In this document: positions 29,469-42,244 of the stretch, in pieces
How positions within the stretch are numbered: the first letter of the stretch is position 1
How the letters are laid out: the number at the start of each line of letters is the position of its first letter
Source of the DNA: Eledone cirrhosa
Lineage: Eukaryota
DNA length: 64,000 nt
NCBI GenBank assembly: GCA_964016885.1
Contig: OZ024744.1
Span: 104,222,001 to 104,286,000 of the forward strand
Direction of reading: 5' to 3'
Made by a program: the position numbers and the translations under genes
Notes under the pieces: generated by a model
What the model saw: the letters and a program-made list of their open reading frames with translations, nothing else
What the model was told of the DNA's origin: nothing
The model's database searches: none

Positions 29469-30501
29469 CTGAGAGTATTAAGAGAGTGCTATACTGAGTT
29501 TAATGTTACACAAGAGAAAAGCTGAGCATAAGAGGAATTAAATATAGCATAGAGCGATGATAGTTGTATAAATAAGATGTCAAGCACTAGAAGTGGGTGG
29601 AACCTGTAGCAGAAGGAGACCTAGGAAGACATAACATGAAGTTGGCAAGAATGACTCAAGAATGTGAACTTCATAAAGATGTTATATAATCAATTTGACT
29701 AGTGATATGCTGTAATACAAAAAACCTGTTGACCAGTACAAGAACTGAGACACTAAAAATAAATGTAGTGAGTGACCTAAGGCTACATTGTTGGTGATAA
29801 ATGGGAAACAATATAGGGTTTGAGTGGACCCTTCAGTCTGGAGAAGCATATAATGACTTCTCTGGTGCACGTAGTACACCCTGTAATGTGATAGTGCTGT
29901 TGTCATGAAATAATGCTCCCAGTAAGGTGGTTGACATTAGGAAGGGCATCCAGTCATAGAAAGAACCATTGGAACATATAAGCAAAGTGTGTCACTTTGA
30001 CTTGTCTGTCTCAGTTTATGACAACATTTCCAACCCATGCCAACAAGGAAAGTAGACATAAAAATGATGATGGCGGTGGTGATATATAAACCAAATTCCA
30101 CTTGCACGGCATTGGTCAACCTGAGCCTACATTAGAAGACACTTGCCCGACATGCCACACAGCAAGACTGAAGCCAGAATCACGAGCTCAAGAAGCAAAC
30201 TCCTTAACCACACAGCCGTGCCTGCATTTAAAACTCAGTGTTTATCCAAAACCTGATTGATGAAGTTAAACTGAAGAAATTATATTTTCTGAAAGAATGC
30301 AATGCATGAACTGAATGTCAGATTCGGTATTATTTTGAAATTAGTTCCATTATTCTAGTACTTTATTACATGTTCCAGCTGATAGACAGAAGCCATGCTG
30401 GGGCACTACCATTGTTGATTCTTCTAATTGTTCTAATATATATTATATCAGAAATGTTAATCTTCAGTTTGAAAGCATTTATTACTAATTCTCTTTTGAA
30501 G

Positions 30502-30610
30502 ATATGTTATCTCTGTTGGATGGGACCAAAGAATTAATATATATGAAGATAACTTTGATTCCACTTTCCACTTTGTACATTATCCATCAAAAAACTGGGA
30601 GGAAGACATT
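30502..30610 (+). CDS. WD40-repeat gene exon 4
   Basis: tttgaag/gtaagt; YVISVGWDQRINIYEDNFDSTFHFVHYPSKNWEEDI. Confidence 0.88.
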
Positions 30611-30823
30611 GTAAGTATTTATTTATTATATGATTATTCTTTGCATATATGATCCCATAACTCCTGATAGAGTTGTAGGGGCGCTGTATTGACATATAGG
30701 GTTTCTTGGGCATTTTCAGCCTGGCAGGATCCATCCCTCTCCAGGTCTGAGAACAGCAGATTTCTTCCAGAGAAAGATAGAGAAAGTGAGAGAGAGGAAA
30801 TGAGAAAGAGATATAGAGGAAGA

Positions 30824-30966
30824 ATTGACCCCAGTACTAAACTGATACTTTTTTTATTGACCTCGAAAAAATGAAAGGCAAAGTTGACCTTGGTGGGATT
30901 TGAACTCGGAGAACAAAGAGCATAAAGCATTCTATCAGACGTTCTAACGACTCTGCCAATTTGCTG
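30824..30966 (-). mobile_element. SINE family B (GCCTTTCATCC core), decayed
   Basis: Similar to 61860-62050. Confidence 0.65.
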
Positions 30967-31912
30967 CCTATATTTTTTGCATATTAAATATCTAATGTCT
31001 AATATGTTATATATGACATTGGAATGACTTATCAAAGAGTCATATCTTACCTGTTAAACCAATATACAACTTCATATATTAAATATGTTAAATATTTATC
31101 ATATGATCCTGTGACAAAGCTAACAGCAATAACATATATGGCCTGTACAGTACTAATATATGCCACCAGAAGATAAACATCTACCAGCCTATGTAGCTTG
31201 TTAATTCAATGTAGTTAAACGGCATGAGTTTACTCCCAAAACTTTGTTGAATTACTGCATTAAGCTTTGAGTAAAACTTGTCATAAAAGTAGCGTTATAT
31301 ATTTGTTCTTGAAATATATTCTTTATTGTTGTTTTCTTTGGGTTACATAAGTAGTTTGAATACATGTTTACAAAGAAATGTTTCTGAGGTAAAAAAATAA
31401 GGAAAATCAAGATACATGATATGACAGAATAGAGATATTGTAAGTAAATGTGGTTTTATTCAACTAAAATGTGTCTTGTAGCATTATCCTATCCTAGCTG
31501 AAGTGAGAGTGGAATGACCAAATCTGTTCTGGTTGAGTTCTCTATGAAGAGAAAAAAATTGAGCAGCTTACTCTAGCTGCATTCTGTCGGGGGGGGGGGG
31601 GGGGCTTTGTATAGTCTGAGAGTTTCTGCTCTGTCAATTCAATAAACTAGTGAAAATGGTGGATGACTAAAAGTTTACTTGCTTATATGAGGCCACTACA
31701 TTATACTACATTTCTGGGGAAACAGAAAATGGCAGACATTAAAACAAAACATGATACAAATAAAGACTGTATGATGTGTACACATGATACAAATAAAGAC
31801 TGTATGATGTGTACACATACTGTATGATGTGTACACATGATACCACTAAAGACTGTATAATATGTACACATGATACCACTAAAGACTGTATGATGTGTAC
31901 ACATACTGTATG

Positions 31913-32545
31913 TATGGTACACAAAAGATGTAGTGGGATAACGAGTAGACTAACAGGAAGGGAGAGCTTTGCATGTAGAAGATGCACAGGAGAAATCGAG
32001 AGAAAGACTGCTAATGATATGAACCTCTTCCAGTCACAGGAAGGATCTATAGATGTGGTTGATAGCTTGTGGTATCTGGGTGACTTAATTAGCAGTGGAG
32101 GTAGGTGTGCTGAGAGTATAATAGCTAGAATAAGGATAAGATGGAAGTAGTTTAGAGAACTACTCCCACTGTTGACAACAAAAGGTTTCTCCTATGTACA
32201 AAAGGAAGGCTGTATGATGCCTATGTGTAGTGTGAAATGCTGCATGGTAGTGAAACATGGACAGTGAATGCAGAGGACATGCCTAGGCTGGAGAGAAATG
32301 AAGCAGCCATGCTTTGTTTGATGTGTAATATAAATGTGAGAGAAAGACAGAGCTTGGATGAGCTGAAGCAAGAGCTGGGTTTAAGAGGAATCTGAGGCAG
32401 AGGTTGTGAGAGCGGACATCAAATTGCTAAGATTGGCAGAGGAGATGATGAAGGAATGTGACAAGTGGAAAGATGCTGTGCTGAGAAGTACCCGTCTAAC
32501 CCATGCAAGTGTGGAAAAAAAGACGTAAAAATGATGAAGATGATG
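31913..32545 (+). mobile_element. Older RTE fragment, preceded by a minisatellite (31750-31912)
   Basis: VHKRCSGI...CRRC...YLGD; (GAT)-like tail. Confidence 0.8.
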
Positions 32546-33089
32546 GTGTATGCACATGATACAAGAGGGTTTGCATGATGTGTACACATGATACAAATAA
32601 AGGCTGTTTGATGTGTATGATTTTGTACAAGTCTATAGTGAAGCCATGTGGCTTAGTGGTTAGAGAGTTGGATGCACAATTGTGAGGTTGTGAGTTTTGT
32701 TCCTGGACTGAGTGATGCATTATATTCTTGAACAAGACACTTTATTTCACCTTGTTCCTTCTGCCAGGAATTGCGACTGGTAGATAGTATTAACAGCTTG
32801 AAATTCCAATGGAAACATTGTTTCCTTGGTTTTATCTCATAAATTCCACCCTACTTGGTCTGGGACCTTGTCGATCAAATAAAAAAATAGTAAAGAGATG
32901 AACATTGGCTTCAGTTTATAAGTTTATAAGTTTACATTCCTAACTCAAAGATTTTGTTGAAAACTGAGCTGGTTTCTAAACTGAAAACAGTTGTTAATTA
33001 TAAACTGCAGCTGATGAGTTGGTAACAGTGTTGGAGTAATTTTTGTGTATGGTGTTTTTTTTCTTTCATTTTGTTCCATTTTTTTACAG

Positions 33090-33252
33090 AAAAATGGTCA
33101 TAATGAAGAGATTCTTTGTGTTGCTCAATCCACTGGCCATATGTTAGCCACAGCAAGTTATGATGGGGAAATCATTATCTGGAAGCTAATGTCTGGTCAC
33201 ATATTTTGCCATCTTAGAGCTCCAATGCCATTTAACTATGAAAATATATCAA
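33090..33252 (+). CDS. WD40-repeat gene exon 5
   Basis: ttacag/gtaaaa; KNGHNEEILCVAQSTGHMLATASYDGEIIIWKLMSGHIFCHLRAPMPFNYENIS, a complete GH...W WD40 repeat. Confidence 0.92.
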
Positions 33253-33659
33253 GTAAAATATATTTATTGTCTTTTCAATTAAAATGCATAAGTCCATATT
33301 TTGACTAATATCTTTACATTAGTGTATGTATGTGATTGTGAATTCTATTCAAAATTGTTTGCTTAAGAAATCAGATATATATAAGTTATAATATATAGTT
33401 GAACGACTGTAAAATATTTCCAGTACAAACAGTAAAATGATTGGTACGAGGAAGGGTTTCCAGCCATAGAAACCAAGCCCCCAAACCAAGCATATGAGCT
33501 AGACATGGTCATTAGACTGATCTGGCCACAGAATGTGACAATCTATCCAAACCATACCAACATAGAAAATAGACATTAAATGGTGGTGATGATGATTATG
33601 ATGGTAATAGTGATGAGGATGATATTGCTGGTAATGGTGGCAGTGATGATGATGATGAT

Positions 33660-35246
33660 CATCATCATCATCATCACCGTTTTACGTCCGTTCTTCCATG
33701 CTAGCATGGGTTAGACAGGTTGTCCTATTGTGGGCAGTGTCTGGTCGGCTGACCATGCCTTGCTCATACAGGAACTGATTTGGCTTGATTTCTACAGCTG
33801 GATGCCCTTCCTAACACCAACCTCATTTACAGTGAGTGCTGGGTGCTTTTTCCGTGGCGCCTACACGTCCACTTTACAATGTGGGCTGGGTGCTTTTTTG
33901 CCATGGCACCTCCACGGCCACCTTGCAGTGGGAGGGTGTGGGGGCATATTGTCTATATGCTTTAGCTTGTACCCATAGGAGGTCGGGTACTCTGTGTTTC
34001 TGCGTGACGCCAGAGGTCACGGTCGTGTGTCATTGCCTTTGAGAGGTGTAATTGAGTAAGGTCGGCTTTTATCACCTCATCCCAGGTCTTCTTGGGTCTC
34101 CCCACTCCGCGGTTTCCATCGACTTCTAGTGCTCTGCACCTTTTTATGCAGCTGTCATCCTTCATACGCATCACATGTCCATACCTATGCAACCGCCTCT
34201 CCTGCACACAGCATTTGATTCCTCTTATGCTCAGTTTCTCTCTCAATTCATTTATGCTTTGTCGTTCGCGTATATTACTATTACACATCCATTGGAGCAT
34301 GCAGGCTTTGTTTCTTTCTAATCTACGTAAGTCTTCCACCTTCAGCGCCCAGGTCACACTACCATGTAACATTGCTGTTCGGATACACGCATACAGTCTG
34401 CCTTTCATTTTGAGGGAGAAGCCTTTTGCAGCTAGCAGTGGCAGTAGTTCCCTGAACTTCTTCCATCCCGTTCTTACCCTAGTTATTGTACTTTCTGAAC
34501 ACCTACCTCCGCTGCTAATTCGGTCACCTAGGTAGCAGAAGCTGTCTACTGTTTCTACAGAGCCCTCCCTGAGATTGGTGGTACTTGTTTCCTGTGGCTG
34601 TTTGCTGCTTGCTGTCCCAGCGCAGCTGCTACATATGAAGTCTACATTCTTAGTTAAGCTTCCTGAGATCCCGCTACATCTCTTGTGTACCCATTGTTTG
34701 CATTTGGGGCAAAGAATGGAGTTCCTACCTACACCTTTCCTACATATTGAGCAAGGCCATTTCCCTGAGGGGATCTGGCTTCTGTTTTCTCTTCTACCTA
34801 CAAGGACCTTAGTCTTTGTCATGTTGACTTTGAGACCCTTTCTTTCTAGTCCCTGCTTCCAAGGTTGGAATTTCTTCTCTAGTTCTACCATAGATTCTGC
34901 TATAAGTGCGAGGTCATCAGCATACAGGAGTTCCCATGGGCATCCGGTCTTAAACTTCTCCGTTATTGCCTGCAGGACTATGATGAACAGGAGAGGGCTA
35001 AGAACAGAGCCCTGGTGGACACCGACATGTACGCTAAATTCCTCGCTATACTCATTGCTAATCCTAACTTTGCTGACTGCTCCCCTATACATATCTTTGA
35101 TTGCCTTACTTACTACGCTGCTGCTGACTTGTACTGCTGGCCCCTCTATAGGGTCTACTTGGGGCAGGGTCTCTTCTTCCCATGCATTCTCCTCATTTAG
35201 TAATCTATCATAATGGCTCTTCCATGCATCTTTCTTCTCAGCACTT
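33660..35246 (-). mobile_element. RTE subfamily B, truncated and internally deleted
   Basis: ORF 33962-35092 has YADD and PHD; at 35092 it jumps to a more upstream part of the element. Confidence 0.9.
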
Positions 35247-35304
35247 GATGATGATAATGATATTTAATAATCGTTCCAAAACATATTTATGCTGCAGTAT
35301 AATA

Positions 35305-35502
35305 CAAGGGTTGACTGAAAAGTTCATAGGCTGACCAAGATACTCTCATGGAATGACCAAATGAGGTTTATTTTTCAACATAGTCCCGGGAAAGAAATAA
35401 TGCGGTTATTAATAAGAAGGGTTGAAATCAATGCATGCAAGATTTCACAGCTCTAATATCACTCCTTCATAGTCAGCCTATGAACTTTTCAGCTGACCCT
35501 CA
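35305..35502. mobile_element. Mariner-type MITE
   Basis: TA|CAAGGGTTGACTGAAAAGTTCATAGGCTGAC ... GTCAGCCTATGAACTTTTCAGCTGACCCTCA|TA. Confidence 0.85.
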
Positions 35503-35921
35503 TAAGTCCCCTGCTTGCTGTACTTAGTCAATTATGTCGATAATAGCACATCTGAGGAAATAGCCCCATGAGGTGGGGTGTCTGTTGCAGTGGGTGTCTC
35601 TGGCCTTGGAAATGCCTTTGTCATTTTATCCACGGGGCACAGCCAAAACATCGCTTTAACCTGGGTGTAAAGTCTGTCATCCTCTCCCCTTCACCCTTCC
35701 TTTCTCTAGTTGTCCTTGCTCTTCCCCTCCCTTTCCTCTCATTTACGGCATTTATAGTTCTTTCCAATACTGCTTTCTTTTTATGTATGTTTGACCAATT
35801 TATTTCAATGTCTGAAATATCTTAGTGTTCTTCCTTTCAACATACAATGGTAGTTGTGTTCTTCTCATTGTATCTCAGTTTAGGAGCAGAATATAAAATG
35901 AAACTTAAAAATTGATATATA

Positions 35922-36090
35922 CCGTATTTCCTGGCGCCGAAGACGCTTCATCCTCGAGGATCACCCTAATTTTGACAACCAAAAATTTGAAACAAAAGAA
36001 AAAAACAACCATCAGCCTCCAGGGTGCATGGTTGCATTTTTTAGACATATTTTAGGGGAAAAGTAGCGTCTTCGACGTCGGGAAATACAG
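35922..36090. mobile_element. Tc1/pogo-type MITE
   Basis: TA|CCGTATTTCCTGGCGCCGAAGACGC ... GCGTCTTCGACGTCGGGAAATACAG|TA. Confidence 0.8.
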
Positions 36091-36222
36091 TAAGTCTTTC
36101 TTCTATGAAAAAAAATGGATGTGAAAACTTACATAGCTAAATAATATTATTATATTTCTATTCTTAACATTATTTACTTTTTTATTCAACTTGCATCAAA
36201 CATGGTTTATTGGCTATTTCAG

Positions 36223-36374
36223 TTGATGGTGACCTGAGTATAAAAAAGCTTTTGTTTCTGGATTATAATCCAACGCATCCGTGTAAAGCTCAACTGATCG
36301 CTACTGGACCCTACTGTTGCATACATTTTTGGAATATTTTCAATGATGGCCAGCTTTTTGCACAGTATGCTGCT
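36223..36374 (+). CDS. WD40-repeat gene exon 6
   Basis: tttcag/gtaagt; (I)DGDLSIKKLLFLDYNPTHPCKAQLIATGPYCCIHFWNIFNDGQLFAQYAA. Confidence 0.88.
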
Positions 36375-36445
36375 GTAAGTTGGAATTTCATTATATTTAC
36401 ATTTAGATTGGCAATATCAGTAAATCATTGAACAACCTGCTATGT

Positions 36446-36683
36446 GAAGGTGCATGTCTTAGTGGTTAAAGCATTGGGCTTGCAATCGAAAGGTTGTGAG
36501 TTCAATTCTCGAGTCGGGTGATGTGTTGTTTCCTTTATTTCACATTGCTCCAGTTTACTCAGCTGTAGAAATGAGATGATAGGGACTGGGGTCCATATCA
36601 TTGAATTACCCAAGACACCTCCAGCGAGATATACCTTGGAGGAGTCCAGCTAAACCTGCATAGGTGTGAGCTGTCACACACAC
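36446..36683 (+). mobile_element. SINE family A head/core with alternative (CA)n-ending tail
   Basis: Same head as family A; tail matches 48640-48720(-). Confidence 0.8.
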
Positions 36684-36924
36684 ATGCTATACTGCATATA
36701 GTTACATCTGTTTACGTTCTGAGTTAAAATCCCACCGACGTTAGCTTTGGGGCCGATTTAATTGACTCTCACTTTCCCTTCAAATTGCTGGCCTTGTGCC
36801 AAAAGTAGAAACAGTTATTTATATTTACATTTCAAAAATGGCCGTGGATCGTTAGAATCATGGGATTGCTAGACAAACTACTTTGTAGTATTTAATCAGA
36901 TAAGTATGTAAAACTGCTTTTGTT

Positions 36925-37272
36925 ATCATTTCATTCATTTCATTTTATCTCCGCTTTTTTTTTCCCCCTGCTTGCAAGGGTGGGACGGGAACTGATTCTG
37001 GCTTGATTTCTACAGCTGGATGCCCTTCCTAACACCAACCTCATTTACAGTGAGTGGTGGGTGCTTTTTTGCCGTAGCACCTGCACGACCACTTTGCAGT
37101 GGAATGATATGGACCCCAGTCCCTATCATCTCATTTCTACAGCTGAGTAAACTGGAGCAATGTGAAATAAAGTGTCTTGCTCAAGGAAACATCACATCAC
37201 CCGGTCTGAGAATTGAACTCACAACATTTCGATTGCAAGCCCAATGCTCTAACTACTAAGCCATGTGCCTCC
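36925..37272 (-). mobile_element. SINE family A, full length
   Basis: Homologous to 21296-21645. Confidence 0.88.
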
Positions 37273-37364
37273 ATCAAGCCATGTGCCTCCATGTGTGAAC
37301 ATATTTAAATTAACTGGTAGAATTGGTAGAGCATCAGATAAAGGAGGGGGAGAGAAAAGTAAGA

Positions 37365-37426
<62 letters not shown>

Positions 37427-37587
37427 TGAAGAATTGACTCCAGTATCAAGCTGGTACTCTATTTACCAACCCCAAAGGTATAGATGGCAAAGTTGAGCTT
37501 GGCATGATCTGAACTTAGAGCACAGAGAACTCTAATGAAAACTACAGAGCATTCTATCTGATGCCATAATGACTCTGCCAACCCTCG

Positions 37588-38298
37588 GTCTCTGCTACAT
37601 GTTTATTACCCAGACAGACACCTTCCTGTTGATGATTGTCACTGCTACATGTTTATTACCCAGACAGACACCTTCCTGTTGATGATTGTCACTGCTACAT
37701 GTTTATTACCCAGACAGACACCTTCCTGTTGCTGATTGTCACTGCTACATGTTTATTACTCAAACTCCTTCTTATTGGTGATTGTCACTGCTACATGTTT
37801 ATTACCCAGACAGACACCTTCCTGTTGGTTATTGTCTCTGCTACATGTTTATTACTCAAACTCCTTCTTATTGGTGATTGTCACTGCTACATGTTTATTA
37901 CCCAGACAGACACCTTCCTGTTGGTGATTGTCTCTGCTACATGTTTATTACCCAGACAGACATCTTCCTATTGGTGATTGTCTCTGCTACATGTTTATTA
38001 CCCAAACAGACACCTTCCTATTGGTGATTGTCTCTGCTACATGTTTATTACCCAGACAGACACCTTCCTGTTGGTGATTGTCTCTGCTACATGTTTATTA
38101 CCCAGACAGACATCTTCCTATTGGTGATTGTCTCTGCTACATGTTTATTACCCAGACAGACATCTTCCTATTGGTGATTGTCTCTGCTACATGTTTATTA
38201 CCCAGACAGACATCTTCCTATTGGTGATTGTCTCTGCTACATGTTTATTACCCAGACAGACATCTTCCTATTGGTGATTGTCTCTGCTACATGTTTAT
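37588..38298. repeat. 41-bp minisatellite
   Basis: CTGCTACATGTTTATTACCCAGACAGACA(C/T)CTTCCT... about 17 units. Confidence 0.92.
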
Positions 38299-38790
38299 AT
38301 CTAAGCATTTAATGTTATTACTGAAAAGTAGAATATCAAGTTAAAAAATCCCTCCCTCATGATCCCACGGGGCTTGCATTCCAGCCATGACCACCCAGTC
38401 TTTTTAAGTGTATATCTAGAATTATAGTTTCTCTTTAAGATGACAGAGAGGGCTTTGGCTGCATTTTCTAACAGGTTCAATGACCATATAGAAAATCTAC
38501 CTTCAAATGCATTAACACAAATGAATTCCATATTTATCACATCTACATGGTCAACTGAACTGCTAGAAACAGTAGCTAAAGATAAACACACACACACATA
38601 CACATACATACATACAATTATACATACATACATATATACATACACAAATACATACATACACACATATACATACACACTTACACACACACACATATACATA
38701 CATACATACATACATATACATATGATGGCTGCCCCTCATTATCAAGTATGGCCATTGCACGATATAACATTATTAATAATTATTAATTAA

Positions 38791-39447
38791 CTAGCTGACG
38801 TACCCAGTTTCACCCGGGTAAACAGATGATAAGAGAAGACAGGTAAAAGAGAAAATGACTGTATTGGATGTCTGTCTGGTTACAGTATGAGGCGAGTCCG
38901 TGGTGTCTGTGTGATACAAAAAAAAACGTAAAAAAAATCTACCAGATATACCAGATTCCTTGTTGTACCGTTTGTGCATTGTGTATGAACAATTCTAGGT
39001 GCTCCCACCTAGAATAGTGACCTCTCGGGCACACGTATTCAAACTTACACACGCACCTGTGCACTTACACACATGCGCACACTCACACATGTTGATAGTT
39101 TTTACTTTCTGTGGAACGCTGCATGCACGCACACACACACAAACATACGTGCACGTACATACACACGCACACATGTTAATAGTTATTGCTTTCCTTCCCA
39201 TCTTATTTCCACACACATCACACACACACATGTCTCTACACTGACACATATACATAGTGTATCCAACACAGCGTTCACTTTGCCTCTCTGTTTCTTACTC
39301 TCCCCTCTCACTCCCTCATTGGCATTATGCATATTAATTTAAGTTTGGCGTCGTTGAGGTGGGCGGAGTCGTTTGAAACCTATGAACCAATGATAATCGA
39401 GAATTATGACACACGGAATACTGACATTGTTGAAATTAATATATAGA
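38791..39447 (-). mobile_element. Non-autonomous Helitron
   Basis: Minus strand reads A|TCTATATATTAA...TACCCGGGTGAAACTGGGTA (hairpin)...CTAG|T; inserted at an AT dinucleotide. Confidence 0.8.
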
Positions 39448-39449
39448 TG

Positions 39450-39638
39450 AAGGCTGTGGATTGGCAGTATCAGTAGAGGGTCAGACGCCATGCTTTATAG
39501 CAAAGAGTTATGGCACTTTATGGTCTGAGTTCAAATCCCGTCGAGGTTAACTTTACTTTTCATCCTTACGGGGGTCGATAAAATAAAGTACCAGTAATGC
39601 ACTGGATAATTGCTGGCCTTGTGCCAAAAGTAGAAACA
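39450..39638 (+). mobile_element. SINE family B
   Basis: TGGCAGTATC A-box-like, GAGTTCAAATC B box, core; 21-bp TSD. Confidence 0.82.
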
Positions 39639-39904
39639 ATTAATAATTATTAATTAATGCTATCGTGCAATGCTTTTAAAGTGAGGAAAGACTGAGCCAA
39701 TCCCACTCTCTGAGCGACAGTAGCTATAACCCGAAAAGAAGAAAAGATCAACATCATTGGTAACTACTGAGCACATATATACATACATATACATCCATAC
39801 ATACCCACACACATACATACACACACATACATACATACATATACACACATCCATCCATACACACACACATACATACACACATACATTCATACATAAACAC
39901 ATAC

Positions 39905-42000
39905 ATATTGCAGGGGTATATTTCAGGGAGACAGTCTCTCTGTAATATTATTCATCCTGTCATTAAACCCCTTGTCCTTTCTGCTCAAGAAATGTGAAGG
40001 ATACATCATTGGCTCACAGGAGGACAGAAATACGAACCTGTGGATGATCTGAAACTCTATGCCAAGAACATGGATAGGATGAAGAAAATTCTTGACCTGG
40101 TTACAACATTCTCAAAGGATATAGGAATGGAGTTTGGCCAAGATAAATGCTCATATATGACTGTAAAGCGGGGAAAAACAACAACCTAATCTAGCAACAT
40201 TGTCATCAATGGTCTAACTGTTTCACCGATATCTGATGAGGACTGCTACAGATATCTGGGGATAGATGAGAACATATCCTATAATGGTATCTGTAATAAA
40301 GAATGCGTAACCAGGGAATACTACACTCGATTAAGAAAGATTTGGTCATTGGAACTCTCTGCGCAAAACAAAATAGTGGCTCACAATGTGTTTGCTGTGC
40401 CTGTCCTAACACCAACTTTTGGAATACTCAATTGGACGATAGACGAAATCCGAGCAGTTGATGTTAGAACTCGAAAAATACTAAACAACACCGGAAACTT
40501 CCACATCAACAGTGACATAGACCACCTTTACTTGAAATGTAAGCAGTGAGGCCGAGGCCTAACATCAATCCAGACAGTATTTGAATGTTGCATCATATCC
40601 CTCCGACAACATCTACGAACCTCAAAGCGTAGGAGCCCATCTCTCGAGCAAGTCTATCTGCATGAGACAGATACGATCATGAGAGTTAGGAAGGAACTCC
40701 TTGAGAGATATTGTAGTGATAGACAACATTGTAGTGACCTACATTCTGCGGGCTCACATACATTCTCTGTGCGTGATTTGGCTCAGCTTAGCCAATCAGC
40801 GCCAGCAGAAGAGAATGTATCCCTACGCGCCCTGAGGGAGAAATTCCCCGCGAGGATTTGAAGAATCTGTCTCTCGCATCCTGAACTTCGAAGGAACGAC
40901 ACGTACAATATGTAACAGTGAGATTTGCACTTTGGCCTGCCGGCCTGCCTCGAGCCTGGTACAATGGCACATCCCTTTTGTAATCCTTTTATGTTTAACT
41001 ACAATCATACAAATTAACAAACATTACTTTCTCACTACATCTAAATAACTCTGCTAAACGGTGATTAATAAAACTGCTACAATCCAACATGTTTGTCACA
41101 CACCACATCAATTCTTGTTGTAATCAATTCTTGTTATAATATTCCCTGTGCGTTAATCAAAAACTCACACCCAGGGAAGTTGCTCAGCAGTATCGCAGTG
41201 AATCCATGGATGAAAAACTGCATGCTTATCAGCAAAAAAATCATGCATGGATATGTTGCCAGGAAGCTCCAGAGTGAAAGTAATATAGATAAGGAAAGTA
41301 GTCTATCTTGGACCAACAACCGCTATATTGGCTCCCACTTTGAAGGATACTCTTTTGCAATCCAAGAACAGGAAATTAACACGAAATACCTGATTCATAA
41401 AAGAGATAGGGATGCAGGCAAAACACCTAGATGTGATAACAAGTGCAGACTCTGCAGAATTAACATCAAAGATGTCACCCATGTCATCAGAAGCTGTCCA
41501 AAGATGTCATCGCGGTACTATCTACCTATGAGGCATGATGTAGTGGCCAAAACACTGTACAATGCAATCCGTAGAAAAGATAGACCCGATAATAAATACA
41601 TTAAATGCTACAGCAATGTGGAAGACGTACATAATATGAAAGAGTACTGGTGGAATGTTCCAGTAAAAACCCCAATAAAATGCAGGCATAACAGACCAGA
41701 TATTATGATATGGGACAGGGAGAAGAAAGCATGCACAGTAGTGGAAATTAGCTGCCCAGCAGATGCCAATATAATATCAAAGATTAGCAAAAAAGAGAAT
41801 ATTTATGCAGAACTGATGAGAAATCTGCAGATACTCCACCTTGATTACACCTTCAGATTTATGCCTGTGATTATTGGGGCACTGAGGTATGTTAGTAACT
41901 GCCTCAATACAAATCTTGAGAAGCTAGGCCTCACAGGAACAGAAAGAACACAACTAGTTAGGAAATTACAAGTACAATTCAGTAAAAATATGTAAACCAT
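39905..42000 (+). mobile_element. Second, decayed R4/Dong-like REL element with an internal insertion (~40712-41135)
   Basis: GIFQGDSLS, DDLKLYAK, CRLC..H..C, RHD, NRPD; frameshifts and stops. Confidence 0.82.
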
Positions 42001-42244
42001 TCCAAAAATGTTGCATCTAATAACTGCATATATACATGTACAGATACTAAGCATATACACATGCACACATACAACTCAAAACATACACATCCACACATAC
42101 AATAACATCCATATCTACACATGCATGCATACAAAATCTACCTCGTTGATGTTGTGTAAATTCCAATGAGTCTTGTGTCTATGTTAGAAACCGACCCTCT
42201 CTCTTTATTGGTAAACATTTGTGAAATTATAAAACCAGAAGAAC

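Noticed and set aside
37588-38298. CRISPR-like periodicity here and at 45101-45470 and 46098-46815
   Set aside because: Head-to-tail minisatellites without unique spacers, in a eukaryotic intron with no cas genes
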